Shown: positions 29,118 to 59,090 of the stretch, piece by piece | Layout: each line of letters begins with the position of its first letter | Numbering within the stretch: the first letter of the stretch is position 1 | Source: Macrostomum lignano | Lineage: Eukaryota | NCBI GenBank assembly: GCA_002269645.1 | Contig: NIVC01000052.1 | Coordinates: 62,001-126,000 of the forward strand | Reading direction: 5' to 3' | Length of the DNA: 64,000 bases | The notes under the pieces: generated by a model | What the model saw: only the letters and a program-made list of their open reading frames with translations | The model's database searches: none | What the model was told of the DNA's origin: nothing | Translations under genes and position numbers: made by a program

Positions 29118-29400
29118 ATGATGACGCTGACTTCTATTGACGAGGATTCTGTGTGCGACGGGGCTGTGACAGACTCGCCCAGTCCCGGGCCTCACAGCAG
29201 CCTTCTTGGTGGCAGCGGCAGCGGCGGCAGCGGCGGTGGCGGCGGAGGAGGCGGCAGTCCGTTCATGCCTGGCCGAGGCCGGCACAGCTCGCTGTCAATC
29301 AATCGGCGCACCTCGATTTTGATGGCTCTGCATCAGTTTGACCAGCTGCAAGATGAGAACAGGGGCGACTTTGGAGATTATCTGGATGAGTTTCTTGATG
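29118..29400 (+). CDS. Candidate alternative first exon of the SLC4A11-like gene (MMTLTSIDEDS...GDYLDEFLD)
   Basis: Open coding-like frame with a poly-Gly/Ser tract ending ATG|GTGAGC in phase 1. No phase-1 acceptor upstream; reverse CCAAT (ATTGG 28966-28970) and TATAAT (29009-29014) precede it. Confidence 0.7.
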
Positions 29401-29441
29401 GTGAGCGTTTTGGGGGCGAGGTTTGTCAGCAGGAATGTCGG

Positions 29442-30103
29442 GGGAGTGACTGGGAGAGTGAGCTGTCTGTAACTTTGGCAGTGCACGGGAGTGACTGGGA
29501 GAGTGAGCTGTTTGTGACATTGGCAGTTCATGGGGAGTGACTTGGAGAGTGAGCTGTTTGTGACATTGGCAGTTCATGGGAGTGACTGGGAGAGTGAGCT
29601 GTCTGTGACATTGGCAGTGCGCATGAGTGACTGGGAGAGTGAGCTGTCTGTGACATTGGCAGTTCATGGGAGTGACTGGGAGAGTGAGCTGTTTGTGACA
29701 TTGGCAGTGCGCATGAGTGACTGGGAGAGTGAGCTGTCTGTGACTTTGGCAGTTCATGGGAGTGACTGGGAGAGTGAGCTGTCTGTGACATTGGTCAGCG
29801 CGTGAGTGACTGGGAGAGTGAGCTGTCTGTGACATTGGTCAGTGCACGGGAGTGACTGGGAGAGTGAGCTGTCTGTGACATTGGTCAGTGCGTGAGTGAC
29901 TGGGAGAGTGAGCTGTCTGTGACATTGGTCAGCGCGTGAGTGACTAGGAGAGTGAGCTGTCTGTGACATTGGTCAGTGCGTGAGTGACTGGGAGAGTGAG
30001 CTGTCTGTGACAATGGCAGTTCATGGGAGTGACTGGGAGAGTGAGCTGTCTGTGACATTGGTCAGTGCACGGGAGTGACTGGGAGAGTGAGCTGTCTGTG
30101 ACG
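29442..30103. repeat. 45-nt minisatellite GGGAGTGACTGGGAGAGTGAGCTGTCTGTGACATTGGCAGTTCAT
   Basis: Period-45 tandem about 40 nt after the 29401 donor. Confidence 0.95.
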
Positions 30104-30756
30104 ATATCGTCTCAATCTCGCCGCCTGCTACCTGAGACTATCGCCAGCCAATGAAGATGGCTGAGGCTGAGTTGTTCCCTCACGCAGCTGTTTCCCCTTC
30201 CCATCTCATACCTGTGCCCGCTGCGCCGTTAAAAGCATTCTGACCGGATCAACAAAGGCGGCGCCCCTGTCTGACTTGCTGTGGCAGCTTTTGGTATCCA
30301 AATGAGGCTATGGGATATCTTTGTGAGCCTCCCTTCCCCTCTGGTGCTTACTTTTCTCCTCTTTCTCTCTTTTAACTCCCGTCTTCTGCTTAAATTCTAA
30401 ATTCCCTTTGATGCCTCATCTGGGTCAGCTTTCAAAATGTACTTTTGTAGTCTTTTAAGCGAGACGCCAGGCTTTGTTGTTTCTTCAAGTCGTAGCCGCT
30501 TTGTAATAAGGCTTCGCGAATTCTTGTGCTCGGTCATACGAGTACTTCGGTACGCATTTCTCAGGAACTGAAATTCAATATTTCATGAGTTCTAATCCTT
30601 ATGAAAAAGTGACTATGGTTGTCCCAGAGTTAAAATAGATTGGGCGTATTAGAGTTACATCGATTTTCGACACATATCGGGACTTCATTGTGGGACTAGT
30701 TGCTGTTATCTGTTGGCTGGTGTCGTGACAGAGGAAAGTTAACTTCATGAACACTC

Positions 30757-31265
30757 ACCGCTCTCCCCGCTCTCCCCGCTCTCCCCGCTCTCCCCGCTCT
30801 CCCCGCTCTCCCCACTCTCCACTCTCTCCTTCTGGTCTCTCCACTCTCTCCTTCCGCTCTCTCCACTCTCTCCTTCCGCTCTCTCCCCTCTCTCTTCCGC
30901 TCTATCCACTCTCTCCTTCCGCTCTCTCCACTCTCTCTTCCGCTCTCTCCACTCTCCCTTCCGCTCTCTACTCTCTCTTTCCGCTCCCTCCACCTTCTCT
31001 GTTCTCTCCATTCTCTCCTTCCGCTCCCTCCACTCTCTCCTTCCGCTCTCTACACTCTCCCTTCCGCTCTCTACTCTCTCTTTCCGCTCCCTCCACCTTC
31101 TCTGTTCTCTCCACTCTCTCCTTCCGCTCTCTCCACTCTCTCCTTCCGCTCTCTACACTCTCCCTTCCGCTCTCTACTCTCTCTTTCCGCTCTCTCCACT
31201 TTCTCCGTTCTCTTCATTCTCTCCTTCCGCTCCCTCCACTCTGTATATCCGCTCTCTCCTTTCTC
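30757..31265. repeat. CT-rich low-complexity tandem (CCGCTCTC.. units)
   Basis: Polypyrimidine tandem. Confidence 0.9.
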
Positions 31266-31929
31266 CTCCCTGTCTTCTTCCTGCCATTCTTCCCCACTCT
31301 CCTCTTTACTTTGCCCATAATCGCAGCTACTTAGCTCATAAAGCGTCTCAAATCCGTATCTCGATAATCAAGTCAGCGGTCCCAGCTGATAATCTGATAT
31401 TTCACACGCCGCTCTAATACGTATCTGACAATGTATTCCAATGTATATCTGCTTAATGATTCCCTCCACCCGCTAGCAGCCGCCCACACTGACGACAAAA
31501 AATCGAACACAGGAGATATTTCCTGTTTGCTAAAAGTTCGTCTCTTCTCCAGACACAGCTCAGACCGCAATGCAAGTGTCTGGGAGTCTTTCTTGCCTGC
31601 CGTGACCGCTCCAGTCTGATGGACATTCGGTCGAAAAAGAATTCAAAATTATCGATTCTAACATCGATCAGCGTCCGAAAATTGGGTACGCGGGATTTCC
31701 TAGAAACTGCTTTCTTAGAAAAATCAATTTTGAAATTTACGACGAAAACAACCGTAAAGCTTAGATATAGAACTGTTCGATGCATAGTACCGAGCCTACA
31801 TGCAAAAGTGGAAGTTATATATGATTATATATGATTAACAACCAAAGAGGAGACTGGATCCAAGGACCACTAGAAGTTACCGTTCAGTCTAGTGGTCCTT
31901 GACTCGATCACGTCAAGTGACCCAGCTCT

Positions 31930-32242
31930 AATGAACAGTGCAGGAGGGCTCGATCGTGTCACGTGATACAGTTTAAATGTACAGTGCAGGAGGGCTCGAT
32001 CGTGTCACGTGATACAGTTTAAATGTACAGTGCAGGAGGGCTCGATCGTGTCACGTGATACAGTTTAAATGTACAGTGCAGGAGGGCTCAATCGTGCCAC
32101 GTGATACAGTTTAAATGTACAGTGCAGGAGGGCTCGATCGTGTCACGTGATACAGTTTAAATGTACAGTGCAGGAGGGCTCGATCGTGTCACGTGATACA
32201 GTTTAAATGTACAGTGCAGGAGGCTCGATCGTGTCACGTGAT
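31930..32242. repeat. 46-nt minisatellite ACAGTGCAGGAGGGCTCGATCGTGTCACGTGATACAGTTTAAATGT
   Basis: Period-46 tandem, about 7 copies. Confidence 0.95.
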
Positions 32243-32317
32243 AGATTGTACCAAAAAAGGATTGCAATATATCTGATACTTGCGAATAGAGAAACCACAA
32301 ATTGTTTGAAAATCACT

Positions 32318-32700
32318 CACTTCTACTTCAATGAGAGTTCTACTTCTACTTCAATGAGAGTTCTACTTCTACTTCAATGAGAGTTCTACTTCTACTTCAA
32401 TGAGAGTTCTACTTCTACTTCAATGAGAGTTCTACTTCTACTTCAATGAGAGTTCTACTTCTACTTCAATGAGAGTTCTACTTCTACTTCAATGAGAGTT
32501 CTACTTCTACTTCAATGAGAGTTCTACTTCTACTTCAATGAGAGTTCTACTTCTACTTCAATGAGAGTTCTACTTCTACTTCAATGAGAGTTCTACTTCT
32601 ACTTCAATGAGAGTTCTACTTCTACTTCAATGAGAGTTCTACTTCTACTTCAATGAGAGTTCTACTTCTACTTCAATGAGAGTTCTACTTCTACTACTTC
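32318..32700. repeat. 23-nt minisatellite TACTTCTACTTCAATGAGAGTTC
   Basis: Period-23, near perfect. Confidence 0.97.
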
Positions 32701-33189
32701 TCTCCCTCTCAACTTCTATCTTTCCTTCCGCCCCTTAATTTCCAACCTCTCTCCATCTAAACTCTGCCAAAATCTCAGATGAAATGGGCTGATGTTGAAG
32801 TTCTGAAGCACACTAATATCCAAAAGAGTCAGCTAGCTCAGAGGCCAATAAGCCTGTTTATTCTATTCCCTGCCCGCATAGCAACAGGCGGCCCACCTGC
32901 AGCCATAGGAATTATTAACACGCGACTGGAGCAATCAGATTCAAATTTCAGCAACTGCCTTTTTTGGCAAAAAATCCAAGCGAGATTCAACTCGGGAAAT
33001 TCCTTGATCCTAGAAATTTCCCCTCCATAATCTGCCGGCTGCGAGGCTAAAATTCAAACAGCAACACATCGGGGCTTCCTCAATCGGATTGGGATTTGCA
33101 GATATGCTGGTGACTGCCCCCCCCGATTATCTGGGATCTGCTGCCCACCCTCACGCCATCCAGGAGAGCCCGCATCGATTTCCATTTGC

Positions 33190-34200
33190 CTCATCCTCTT
33201 CTCTCCCTTCATCTCTCTTTCTCTCACCTATTCATTCTCTCCCTTCATCTATCTATTCTCACCCTTCATCTATTCATTCTCACCCTTCATCTATCCATTC
33301 TCACCCTTTATCTATCCATTCTCACCCTTCATCTATTCATTCTCACCCTTCATCTATCCATTCTCTCCCTTCATCTATCTATTCTCACCCTTCATCTATC
33401 CATTCTCACCCTTCATCTATCCATTCTCACCCTTCATCTAATCATTCTCACCCTTCATCTATCCATTCTCACCCTTCATCTATCCATTCTCACCCTTCAT
33501 CTATCCATTCTCACCCTTCATCTATCCATTCTCACCCTTCATCTATCCATTCTCACCCTTCATCTATCCATTCTCACCCTTCATCTATTCATTCTCACCC
33601 TTCATCTATCCATTCTCACCCTTCATCTATCCATTCTCACCCTTCATCTATCCATTCTCACCCTTCATCTATCCATTCTCTCCCTTCATCTATCTATTCT
33701 CACCCTTCATCTATCCATTCTCACCCTTCATCTATCCATTCTCTCCCTTCATCTATTCATTCTCACCCTTCATCTATCCATTCTCTCCCTTCATCTATCC
33801 ATTCTATTCCTTCATCTATTTATTCTCTCCCTTTATCTATCCATTCTCTCCCTTTATTTATTTATTCTCTCCCTTTATCTATCCATTCTCTCCCTTCATC
33901 TATCCATTCTCTCCCTTCATCTCCCGCTCTCTCCTTTTATTTATCCATTTTCTCCTTTTATCTACCCATTCTCTCCCTTTTTATTTCCATTTTCTCCCTT
34001 TATCTATTATCTACCTTCATCTATCTATTCTCTCCTTTCATCTACCCATTCTCTCCCTTCATCTATCCATTATCTACCTTCATCTATCTATTTTCTCCTT
34101 TCATCTTTCTATTTTCTCTTCTTTTATCTATCCATTATCTGCCTTCATCTATCCATTATCTACCTTCATCTATCTAGCCTCTCCTTTCATCTCTCTCCCT
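33190..34200. repeat. 21-nt minisatellite CCCTTCATCTATCCATTCTCA with degenerate tail
   Basis: Direct tandem units. Confidence 0.93.
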
Positions 34201-34404
34201 CTCTCTTACGGCTTTCTATTCTTTCTTACGACTTACTTCCGTGTTTAATGTCCAACTGAATTCCCCTATTTTCCTGATTTATTGCTACTATTAATAACTT
34301 CATCTGTATGACTACTTGCACACTACTTTAAGTAGCATCGAGCAGTTAATTGATGCAAGGGCTGACACAACGACCCAACGACTGTCCTCTTGACTGCTAT
34401 ATTA

Positions 34405-34865
34405 ACTGCTCTCATAACTGTTCTCATAACTGTTCTCATAACTGTTCTCATAACTGTTCTCATAACTGTTCTCATAACTGTGCTCATAACTGTTCTCATG
34501 ACTGTTCTCATGACTGTCCTCATGACTATTCTCATAACTGTTCTCATAACTGTGCTCATAACTGTTCTCATGACTGTCCTCATGACTGTCCTCATGACTG
34601 TCCTCATGACTGTCCTCATGACTGTCCTCATGACTGTCCTCATGACTGTCCTCATGACTGTCCTCATGACTGTCCTCATGACTGTCCTCATGACTGTCCT
34701 CATGACTGTCCTCATGACTGTCCTCATGACTGTCCTCATGACTGTCCTCATGACTGTCCTCATGACTGTCCTCATGACTGTTCTCATGACTGTTCTCATG
34801 ACTGTCCTCATGACTGTCCTCATGACTGTCCTCATGACTGTCCTCATGACTGTTCTCATGACTTC
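34405..34865. repeat. 12-nt minisatellite CATGACTGTCCT/CATAACTGTTCT
   Basis: Direct tandem units with a variant gradient along the array. Confidence 0.95.
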
Positions 34866-35150
34866 CTAATGCCCTCATGTCCTCTCCAATGCAGTTTCCA
34901 TAAGTGTGTGTCCCGCTTTCGCACTTTCTCTCTCTCTATAAGCTGAACAGCTCAGAGGGGCCCAAGTCTCAAGAATCCAATGGAAGCGCTGCCTCCTCTG
35001 ATTGGATGCCGGCACTTGACTGGGCTGGCTTTCAAAGCGAAGAAACTTCACAGAAAGCAGGAAACCAAAAATACCCCGCCAAGCTAAAACAATCAACCCA
35101 ACTAGAAGAGAAGTGCAATAGAAGAAATATTGCGCAGAAAATTGAAACAA

Positions 35151-35367
35151 ATGCAGCCCAACTCGACACTGGAGATGCGCCGCACTCAGCGCAGCCCGCA
35201 GCCGCGCGACTCCGGCATCGCCGAGGCGGCGCCAAGCCGGCCTTCGTCGGCCAGCCACGCCATCCTGGCTGCGGCTGCCACCGCGGGCCTCCTCATGGCC
35301 GCCGGGGCCGACGGGGCAGCGCGGCAGCAGCAGGGAATCAGATTCGACATCAGGGCTGGGCGGGCTC
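35151..35367 (+). CDS. Candidate proximal alternative first exon of the SLC4A11-like gene (MQPNSTLEMRR...QQQGIRFDIRAGRA)
   Basis: GC-rich Ala-rich open frame ending CTC|GTAAGA in phase 1, about 700 nt upstream of the common 38-nt exon. Confidence 0.6.
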
Positions 35368-35510
35368 GTAAGAGACTGCGGGATGGCAGACACTGCCGGA
35401 TATTTGATAGTTTAATGCTGTGGAAGCCAGCCCGGTCCTCAGATTGAACTCACCTGCTTTTTCCGCTTGGATCTTTCCTAAACTGTGAAATTTAAAACCG
35501 CAAAAATTCT

Positions 35511-36035
<525 letters not shown>

Positions 36036-36065
36036 TAAAGACGACGCCCTCCTCAACCATTGCAG

Positions 36066-52804
<16,739 letters not shown>

Positions 52805-53306
52805 CGGAGAAGCCAGTGCAAAGTCAGCCGCAAATATTTCAAAAAAATCTAGCTAATAATTATTGTCAACGAGCTGTGCCGCCCGACCGCCCCGATCGAA
52901 TCCCGGCTACATATTTTATTGTAGATTATCCTTGAAAAAAGAAAAATTGAAATCTTTGTATGTAGAAGCCATATGACATATGACATATGAAGCCATATGA
53001 CATATGACATATGAAGCCATATGACATATGACAGAAATCCTTTCAGGCATGACTGTGAAAGTGAATCAGTTAGCAACAAAAATTTAGTACAAATTCTGCT
53101 TTAAGTAGCAGATTGCAATAACTTTACATTTAAATTTGCTTCACAGATGCTTACAAGTAGTGTGTGTTGTCAATTATTTTGGTTCGATTTTCTTATAATT
53201 TTAACTCTTTGTTAAAGTGTATGCCATATTAGTCTGTTTGTGTTCCTGTCTGGCAGAATGTGTTAAGCCTGCCGACTCTGTACTTTCATTGTGAAAGTTG
53301 AACAAA

Positions 53307-53312
53307 AATAAA
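53307..53312 (+). promoter_or_regulatory. Candidate polyadenylation signal of the SLC4A11-like gene
   Basis: AATAAA about 500 nt after the stop codon. Confidence 0.35.
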
Positions 53313-53467
53313 ATGCCTGCATATATTATGAGAAACCTTGTGAGCAATATTTTCAATGAACCATTTAATTGGTTGATTTCTAGCTCTTCTTGTCCACTTT
53401 CTATGAGAAAGTAAATTTTTTTTAATCCATGGCTCAATCGCATCTCCTAACAGTCCTTTTGATCAAC

Positions 53468-54178
53468 CCAGAGACAATCATTTTTAGTATAGTGGACTAG
53501 AGAGAAATCATTTTTAGTATAGTGGACTAGAGACAAATCATTTTTAGTATAGTGGACTAGAGACAAATCATTTTTAGTATAGTGGACTAGAGACAAATCA
53601 TTTTTAGTATAGTGGACTAGAGACAAATCATTTTTTGTATAGTGGACTAGAGACAAATCATTTTTAGTATAGTGGACCAGAGAGAAATCATTTTTAGTAT
53701 AGTGGACTAGAGACAAATCATTTTTAGTATAGTGGACTAGAGACAAATCATTTTTTGTATAGTGGACTAGAGACAAATCATTTTTAGTATAGTGGACCAG
53801 AGAGAAATCATTTTTAGTTTAGTAAATTAGAAAGAAATCATTTTTAGTATAGTGGACTAGAGACAAATCATTTTTTGTATAGTGGACTAGAGAGAAATCA
53901 TTTTTAGTATAGTGGACTAGAGACAAATCATTTTTAGTATAGTGGACTAGAGAGAAATCATTTTTAGTATAGTGGACTAGAGACAAATCATTTTTTGTAT
54001 AGTGGACCAGAGAGAAATCATTTTTAGTATAGTGGACTAGAGACAAATCATTTTTAGTATAGTGGACTAGAGACAAATCATTTTTTGTATAGTGGACTAG
54101 AGACAAATCATTTTTAGTATAGTGGACCAGAGAGAAATCATTTTTAGTATAGTGGACTAGAGACAAATAATTTTTTGT
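53468..54178. repeat. 30-nt minisatellite ATCATTTTTAGTATAGTGGACTAGAGACAA
   Basis: Two blocks of period-30 tandem. Confidence 0.96.
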
Positions 54179-54531
54179 AAGCTTAGTAAGTATGTGCTCT
54201 TAGGTAGGTGGGTAGGTAGCTAGATAGATAGGTAGGCATGCTAGTAAGCAAGCCTCACAGAGCTTATGAAGGTCATGTATACATGTAACTCTTTGCTACA
54301 GTATATGAAAAACTCAAATAAGTTTAGTGAAAATACGAGCCCTAGTAACAACACACTTTATCATAGCAGTAACAGTCAAGTTAAGAATCAGAAAACTGAG
54401 AAGCAATTTCTTCGCAAGTAGATTATGGAGCTCATTTTAAATCGCGGAGTTTATTCAATTTGAAGTCTATAGCAAAGTATGCCAGCGAGGGTCGCATTCT
54501 CAGAGTTATTGTCATCAGTAATTTTATCCAA

Positions 54532-55235
54532 TCAGCGCAGATCGAACTTGACCCATTCGCCGCTCCTTCCAACGCTTTGCGAGTTAACCAGCGAGTTAAC
54601 CAGCGAGTTGGCGAACTGCAGCAGGCGGCATTTCTTCAACTTGCTGTTGTACAGCACCTGCCTGGAGTTGCCAGCCTGCAGTGCATTGGCAACACACATT
54701 CTGCCGCTGTTTACGGACTGCTGCACATCTTCGTAGCAATACCAAGAGTGGTAGTGCGTTCGATTGAACTGGGAGGCGATCCACAATGACGCCGGAGTTG
54801 TCATCGGCGAGCTCGTGCTGTTTGAGTACTCGCAAACATATCCGTACCTGGCTGTGCAGGTCATGTCTCCGATTCTGTTGTTGCTCGACGTTAGAAAGTC
54901 GATCGCGGAGCTGTCCGTTGAGAACTTGCCGTTGCCGTTGACCCGCTGCCAGCCCGCTGCGCTGCCGCCTCGAATGTCGGCTAGCGAGCACAGGCCGACC
55001 GACAGAGCAGTTTCACTGACTCGTACAAATTCATCAGTTCGCCACCGATCGATTGGCACTGACGGTTGGCCTCGCACCAGGTGAAGCTGTGCGCTGGATT
55101 GACGAACACGCATTGACCGGCTTGCAGGCTGAATGGCTGGGGGCACTGGGCTGCTGACTCAGACCGGGACTGGGACACTCGAAGTAGAGTAATCAACAAT
55201 TGAAGTAGTTGCAACGCTGGAATCTTTGTTGTCAT
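54532..55235 (-). pseudogene. Secreted C-type-lectin-domain + degenerate PAN/apple-like protein, split by a frameshift near 54985-55025 (pseudogene or assembly indel)
   Basis: Frame 1 (ATG 55235) gives a signal-like MTTKIPALQLLQLLITLLRVSQS, then CPQPF...CVFVN...FTWCEANRQCQSIGGEL (CTL N-half), and stops at 54981. An overlapping frame gives VGL...GWQRVNG...DMTC...YGYVCEY (CTL C-half), an S/T linker and C...YNSKLKKCRL (PAN-like) to the stop at 54532. Confidence 0.7.
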
Positions 55236-55998
55236 GGTTACTAAACTAGTTGGGATTTTTAAGGACAATTTCTCGTGATGATATTAGATAGTTTATATAG
55301 AGTATTTTTTTTTCTTAGCCAGAAAATTTTCAAGAATCTGACATCAAAGTTGAATTGTTGTTGAGACTTGTACGAGTGTGACAGAACTGTTCTAATGGCA
55401 GCTTTTCATCAAGGATTCTGCTTTTTGCATGACTAGCCGGAGGCACCAGCTACTTGTCAATCTATCAGGCTATCAAATTACAAAAAGTTTTCTTTGTTTC
55501 ACAGGACACTGGATCGTAATTAATGCATTCACAGGGCTGCACACGCGTGTCCCAAAACTTGACTTTCCCACACTAATCTGCATCTGAAGCGAACATGCAT
55601 CCAAATTATTTAAACAGCGAGTTGTCCAACAGTTTTCAGATTTAGTAGGTTGGCAGATGTACTTTAACAGTATTTCTGTACGTAGCTATTAAAGAAGAGA
55701 TCGATTTTTAAACTTGTTAACATCTTGACACAGAAAAACACCGTACTTCGTACTTCTATGCTCGCATAATAATAGCCTTTTACATGCAGATCGAGATCGG
55801 TACGACATACAGTACTGTATCATATGCTGCACGGTAGATCTAAGTTTGAGAAGTTGGGGGGGAAGGGTAGTGTCGGTAAAAGTACAAGTACATGAGGGCT
55901 AAACATAATTCCATAAGAATACCTTACTTTATCAATGTACTTTTCTTGTAAAGGATAGACAGGTTTAGCGAAACTAATATAGTTTTGGAAACAAAAAA

Positions 55999-56766
55999 TC
56001 TCTACCTATAAAAATCAAAACTCTGTCTGTCTGTCTGTGGACAAATTATTTCGCTATGGACTCCCAAACCGCTCAACCAAATTACACCAAACTTTACACC
56101 CACCCTAAACTTACTACGGAGAATGTCTTAGGCTACCTTTAAATTTCCTAGACTCAAGTCTTCCTACCTAAAAGTACAAAAAACTGCTCAAAATGCGCGA
56201 TTTTTTCACTTAATCCTTCATAGCGCCGCTCCACTTCTACCGATTCTCTTCAAATTTGACACAGATAATCTTAAACTATTTTGGCACAATCATGTAAAAT
56301 TTCGAGTTTCAAAGTTAATCCTGAGCGGTGCTGTGCACTTTTAAAGTTAGTCTGCTTTTTTCAGCGAGACAGCCACCCCAACCTCCGCCCGCCTGCCTCT
56401 CTTTCCCGATCTGGGCCCAGATGTGAAAAAGGGGTTTAAAATGACTAACTTTCGGCTGCCATAAGTTTGCTCCACGTGAAGCGATTGACTTCAAACTTGA
56501 CACAATTCTTCATTGACTCATTCTCTGTCTAAATGTTAAGTCTTAACTCTGTAACTCAATCAGAACAGAAACTGTAAGCATGTGAAGTTTGTCTGCTTTT
56601 TCTGTTGTTTGTAGCGCTCAACTCACTCATTCCCGCAGTCCAGACGAAGGGTCAGGCGATAGGGCTCAATGTACATAGCGAATGTACAGTGTTTTGGAAT
56701 AGCTTTATTTATAAACTTCTCTGCACCCCGAGAGTGGAGAGGCTACGTTTAGCCATAACAGTTTAG
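55999..56766 (+). mobile_element. Non-autonomous Helitron-like element
   Basis: A|TC 5' end followed by ...TATAAAAAT... and (CTGT)n. Three degenerate internal modules (CCGCTC...CAAA(C/T)TT(T/G)ACAC at about 56068, 56225 and 56466). 3' hairpin GGCTAcgttTAGCC (56741-56754), then TTAG|T (degenerate CTRR|T). Confidence 0.55.
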
Positions 56767-57249
56767 TGAGAATTCTAACCACTGCCCTCCCCTCTGTATT
56801 GGCAAACTCTGCAGCAGTTTAACACTGGATGGCAATTGGCAAATCGAGGGAATCCAGCATGGTTTGTAAAAGCGAAAGATTTATGAAAAGGCGATGCGAT
56901 GCAATGCAATACAACCCTACTAAATTAGGCACACCATGGAAATTTTAGGTTTCTTTTAAAGGTACTGTGTAAATTTTAAATGGCCTCCTAAGAAATGCGT
57001 ATTTCCTTGGTTGTTAGACTGATGCAGACTGCAGTGGAGCTGAAGATACAAAAATTCTTTTCAGGGCTTGCAAATTGGCAAGAAAGATGACATGATCAAA
57101 GCATGAGAACAGCCATGAGAGTACTACGTCCCACAAACTGGCTTTCCAAGCAGGAATGGGCAGACTTTTACCTCTAAGTCCAGAAAAGAATCCAGCTTAT
57201 GGCTGAGGGGCAGTTGAGAGTGGGGAGAAGAAGGAATAGACTATTCGAA

Positions 57250-58176
57250 AAGAGAGGAGAGGTGAGAGAGGGAATAAGAGAAAAGATAAAAGATAATAGG
57301 AGAGATGAGGGAGTGAGGACGATGAGAGGAGAGAGTAGAGAGGAGAGAGTAGAGGAGCGAGTAGAGAGGAGAGAGTAGAGGAGCGAGTAGAGAGGAGCGA
57401 GTAGAGAGGAGAGAGTAGAGTAGCGAGTAGAGAGGAGAGAGTAGAGAGTAGAGTAGCGAGTGGAGAGGAAAGAGTAGAGAGGAGCGAGTAGAGAGGAGAG
57501 AGTAGAGGAGCGAGTAGAGGAGCGAGTAGATAGGAGAGAGTAGACAGTAGAGTAGATAGGAGAGAGTAGACAGTAGAGTAGCGAGTGGAGAGGAGAGTGT
57601 AGAGGAGCGAGTAGAGAGGAGTTAGTAAAGAGGAGAAAGGAGAGATAAGAGAGAGAATGGAAGAGAGAAGAGATAAAGTTGTACAGATGAGAGAGGTGTA
57701 AGGAGAGATGAGAAATGAGAGATGAGAGATAAAGGAGGAGAGTGGAGAGAGAAGAGACGAGACAAGAGATGGAGAGAGTATATAGAAGAGGGAAGAGAAG
57801 AGAAGAGAAGAAAGGAGAAAGGAAAGTGAGGAGACAAAAGAGGTGAAAGAAAAGAGTACAGAGGACAAAATGAGAGAACATTAAGACAGTAAAGATGACA
57901 GATGAAAGAGGGGGGATGAGCTGAGAGCAGAGACGAAAATGAACAGACGAGAGATGGGAGAATAGAGAGAACAGAAGAGAGATAAGAGAGAAGAGATTAC
58001 AGAGACGAGAGGAGAGACAAAGGGAGAGAGAAGTGAGTGAGGCGAGAGGAGAGAAAAGAGGAGAATGGAGGGGAGAGAGTAGAGAGGAGAAGAAAGATGG
58101 GAGAGAAGAGATTACAGAGACTAGAGGAGAGAGGAGAGACAGGGAGAGAGAAGAGGAAATAGGAGAATGAAGAGGG

Positions 58177-58256
<80 letters not shown>

Positions 58257-58680
58257 CAGAGCAAATAGAAACGAGAAGAGATAAGAGAGAAAAGATAAAA
58301 GAAGAGAAAGGAGAGATGAAAGAGCAGACGAGAGAGAAGAGAGGTGAGGGAAGAGACGGGCGACGAGGGGAGAGAGAAGATATAAAACAAGAAAAGAGAT
58401 GAGTGGAAAGAGAGAGAGGAAAGATGTGAGGGAAGAGACGAGAGAAGAGGGGGAGAGAGGAGAGAGGAGAGGAGAGAGAAAACGAAAGAGTAGAGAGGAG
58501 AGAGAAGAGCAGAGAGAAAACGAAAAGTAGAAAGGAGAGAGGAGAGGAGAGAGAAAAGAATAGGGAAGAGAGATGAAACAGAAGAGAGATGAGGGAAGAT
58601 ACAAGAGAAGAGAGGAGAGAGGAGAGAAGAGAGAGGAGAGACGAGGGATGAGAGAGAAGAAAGGAAACAAAGAGACGATA
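57250..58680. repeat. Polypurine GA-rich low-complexity tract including (GA)n
   Basis: Source of the S/L-rich minus-strand ORFs. Confidence 0.93.
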
Positions 58681-59090
58681 GAAATTTTAAAGGATCCAAG
58701 GGACGTAGGGAGAGTCAGGGAGAGACCAGAGTTTAGCAATATATGTTTTAGAGTCAGACAGACATTGCCTGACATTTTGCGCAGTACCCCAGCCAACAAT
58801 ATCAACGTTTGCCTCAAACCCTAATTTTACACGAATGTGCTCCATTTTATGTCTACCTCTATCCTACTATTAATTTGTTTGTGTATGGCCTTAGATTTCA
58901 GAATACATGCAAAAGTAGTTCCGGAGATTAGAATTCCCCGGGTTCAAAATCCGCGGGTTTCAACAGCTTGTAATTTATAAACTGCACCGAAACTTTATTG
59001 ATTAATCGGGAAGAGAAGAGCTTGTTAATCATACGCTCGTATATCTCGTTTTCTCTTGGCTTCGAAAAGTCAAAAATAAAACTGGCTTCA

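Noticed and set aside
33102-33190. Possible phase-1 exon (DMLVTAPPDY...) after tttgcag
   Set aside because: No usable donor before it runs into the 21-nt array.
54981-55020. 40-nt GT...AG intron as a repair for the lectin frameshift
   Set aside because: Removing it joins to the wrong frame and deletes the conserved VGL segment.
56134-56965. Kolobok-like TTAAAGGTA termini
   Set aside because: The two motifs face outward rather than inward, so they do not delimit one element.
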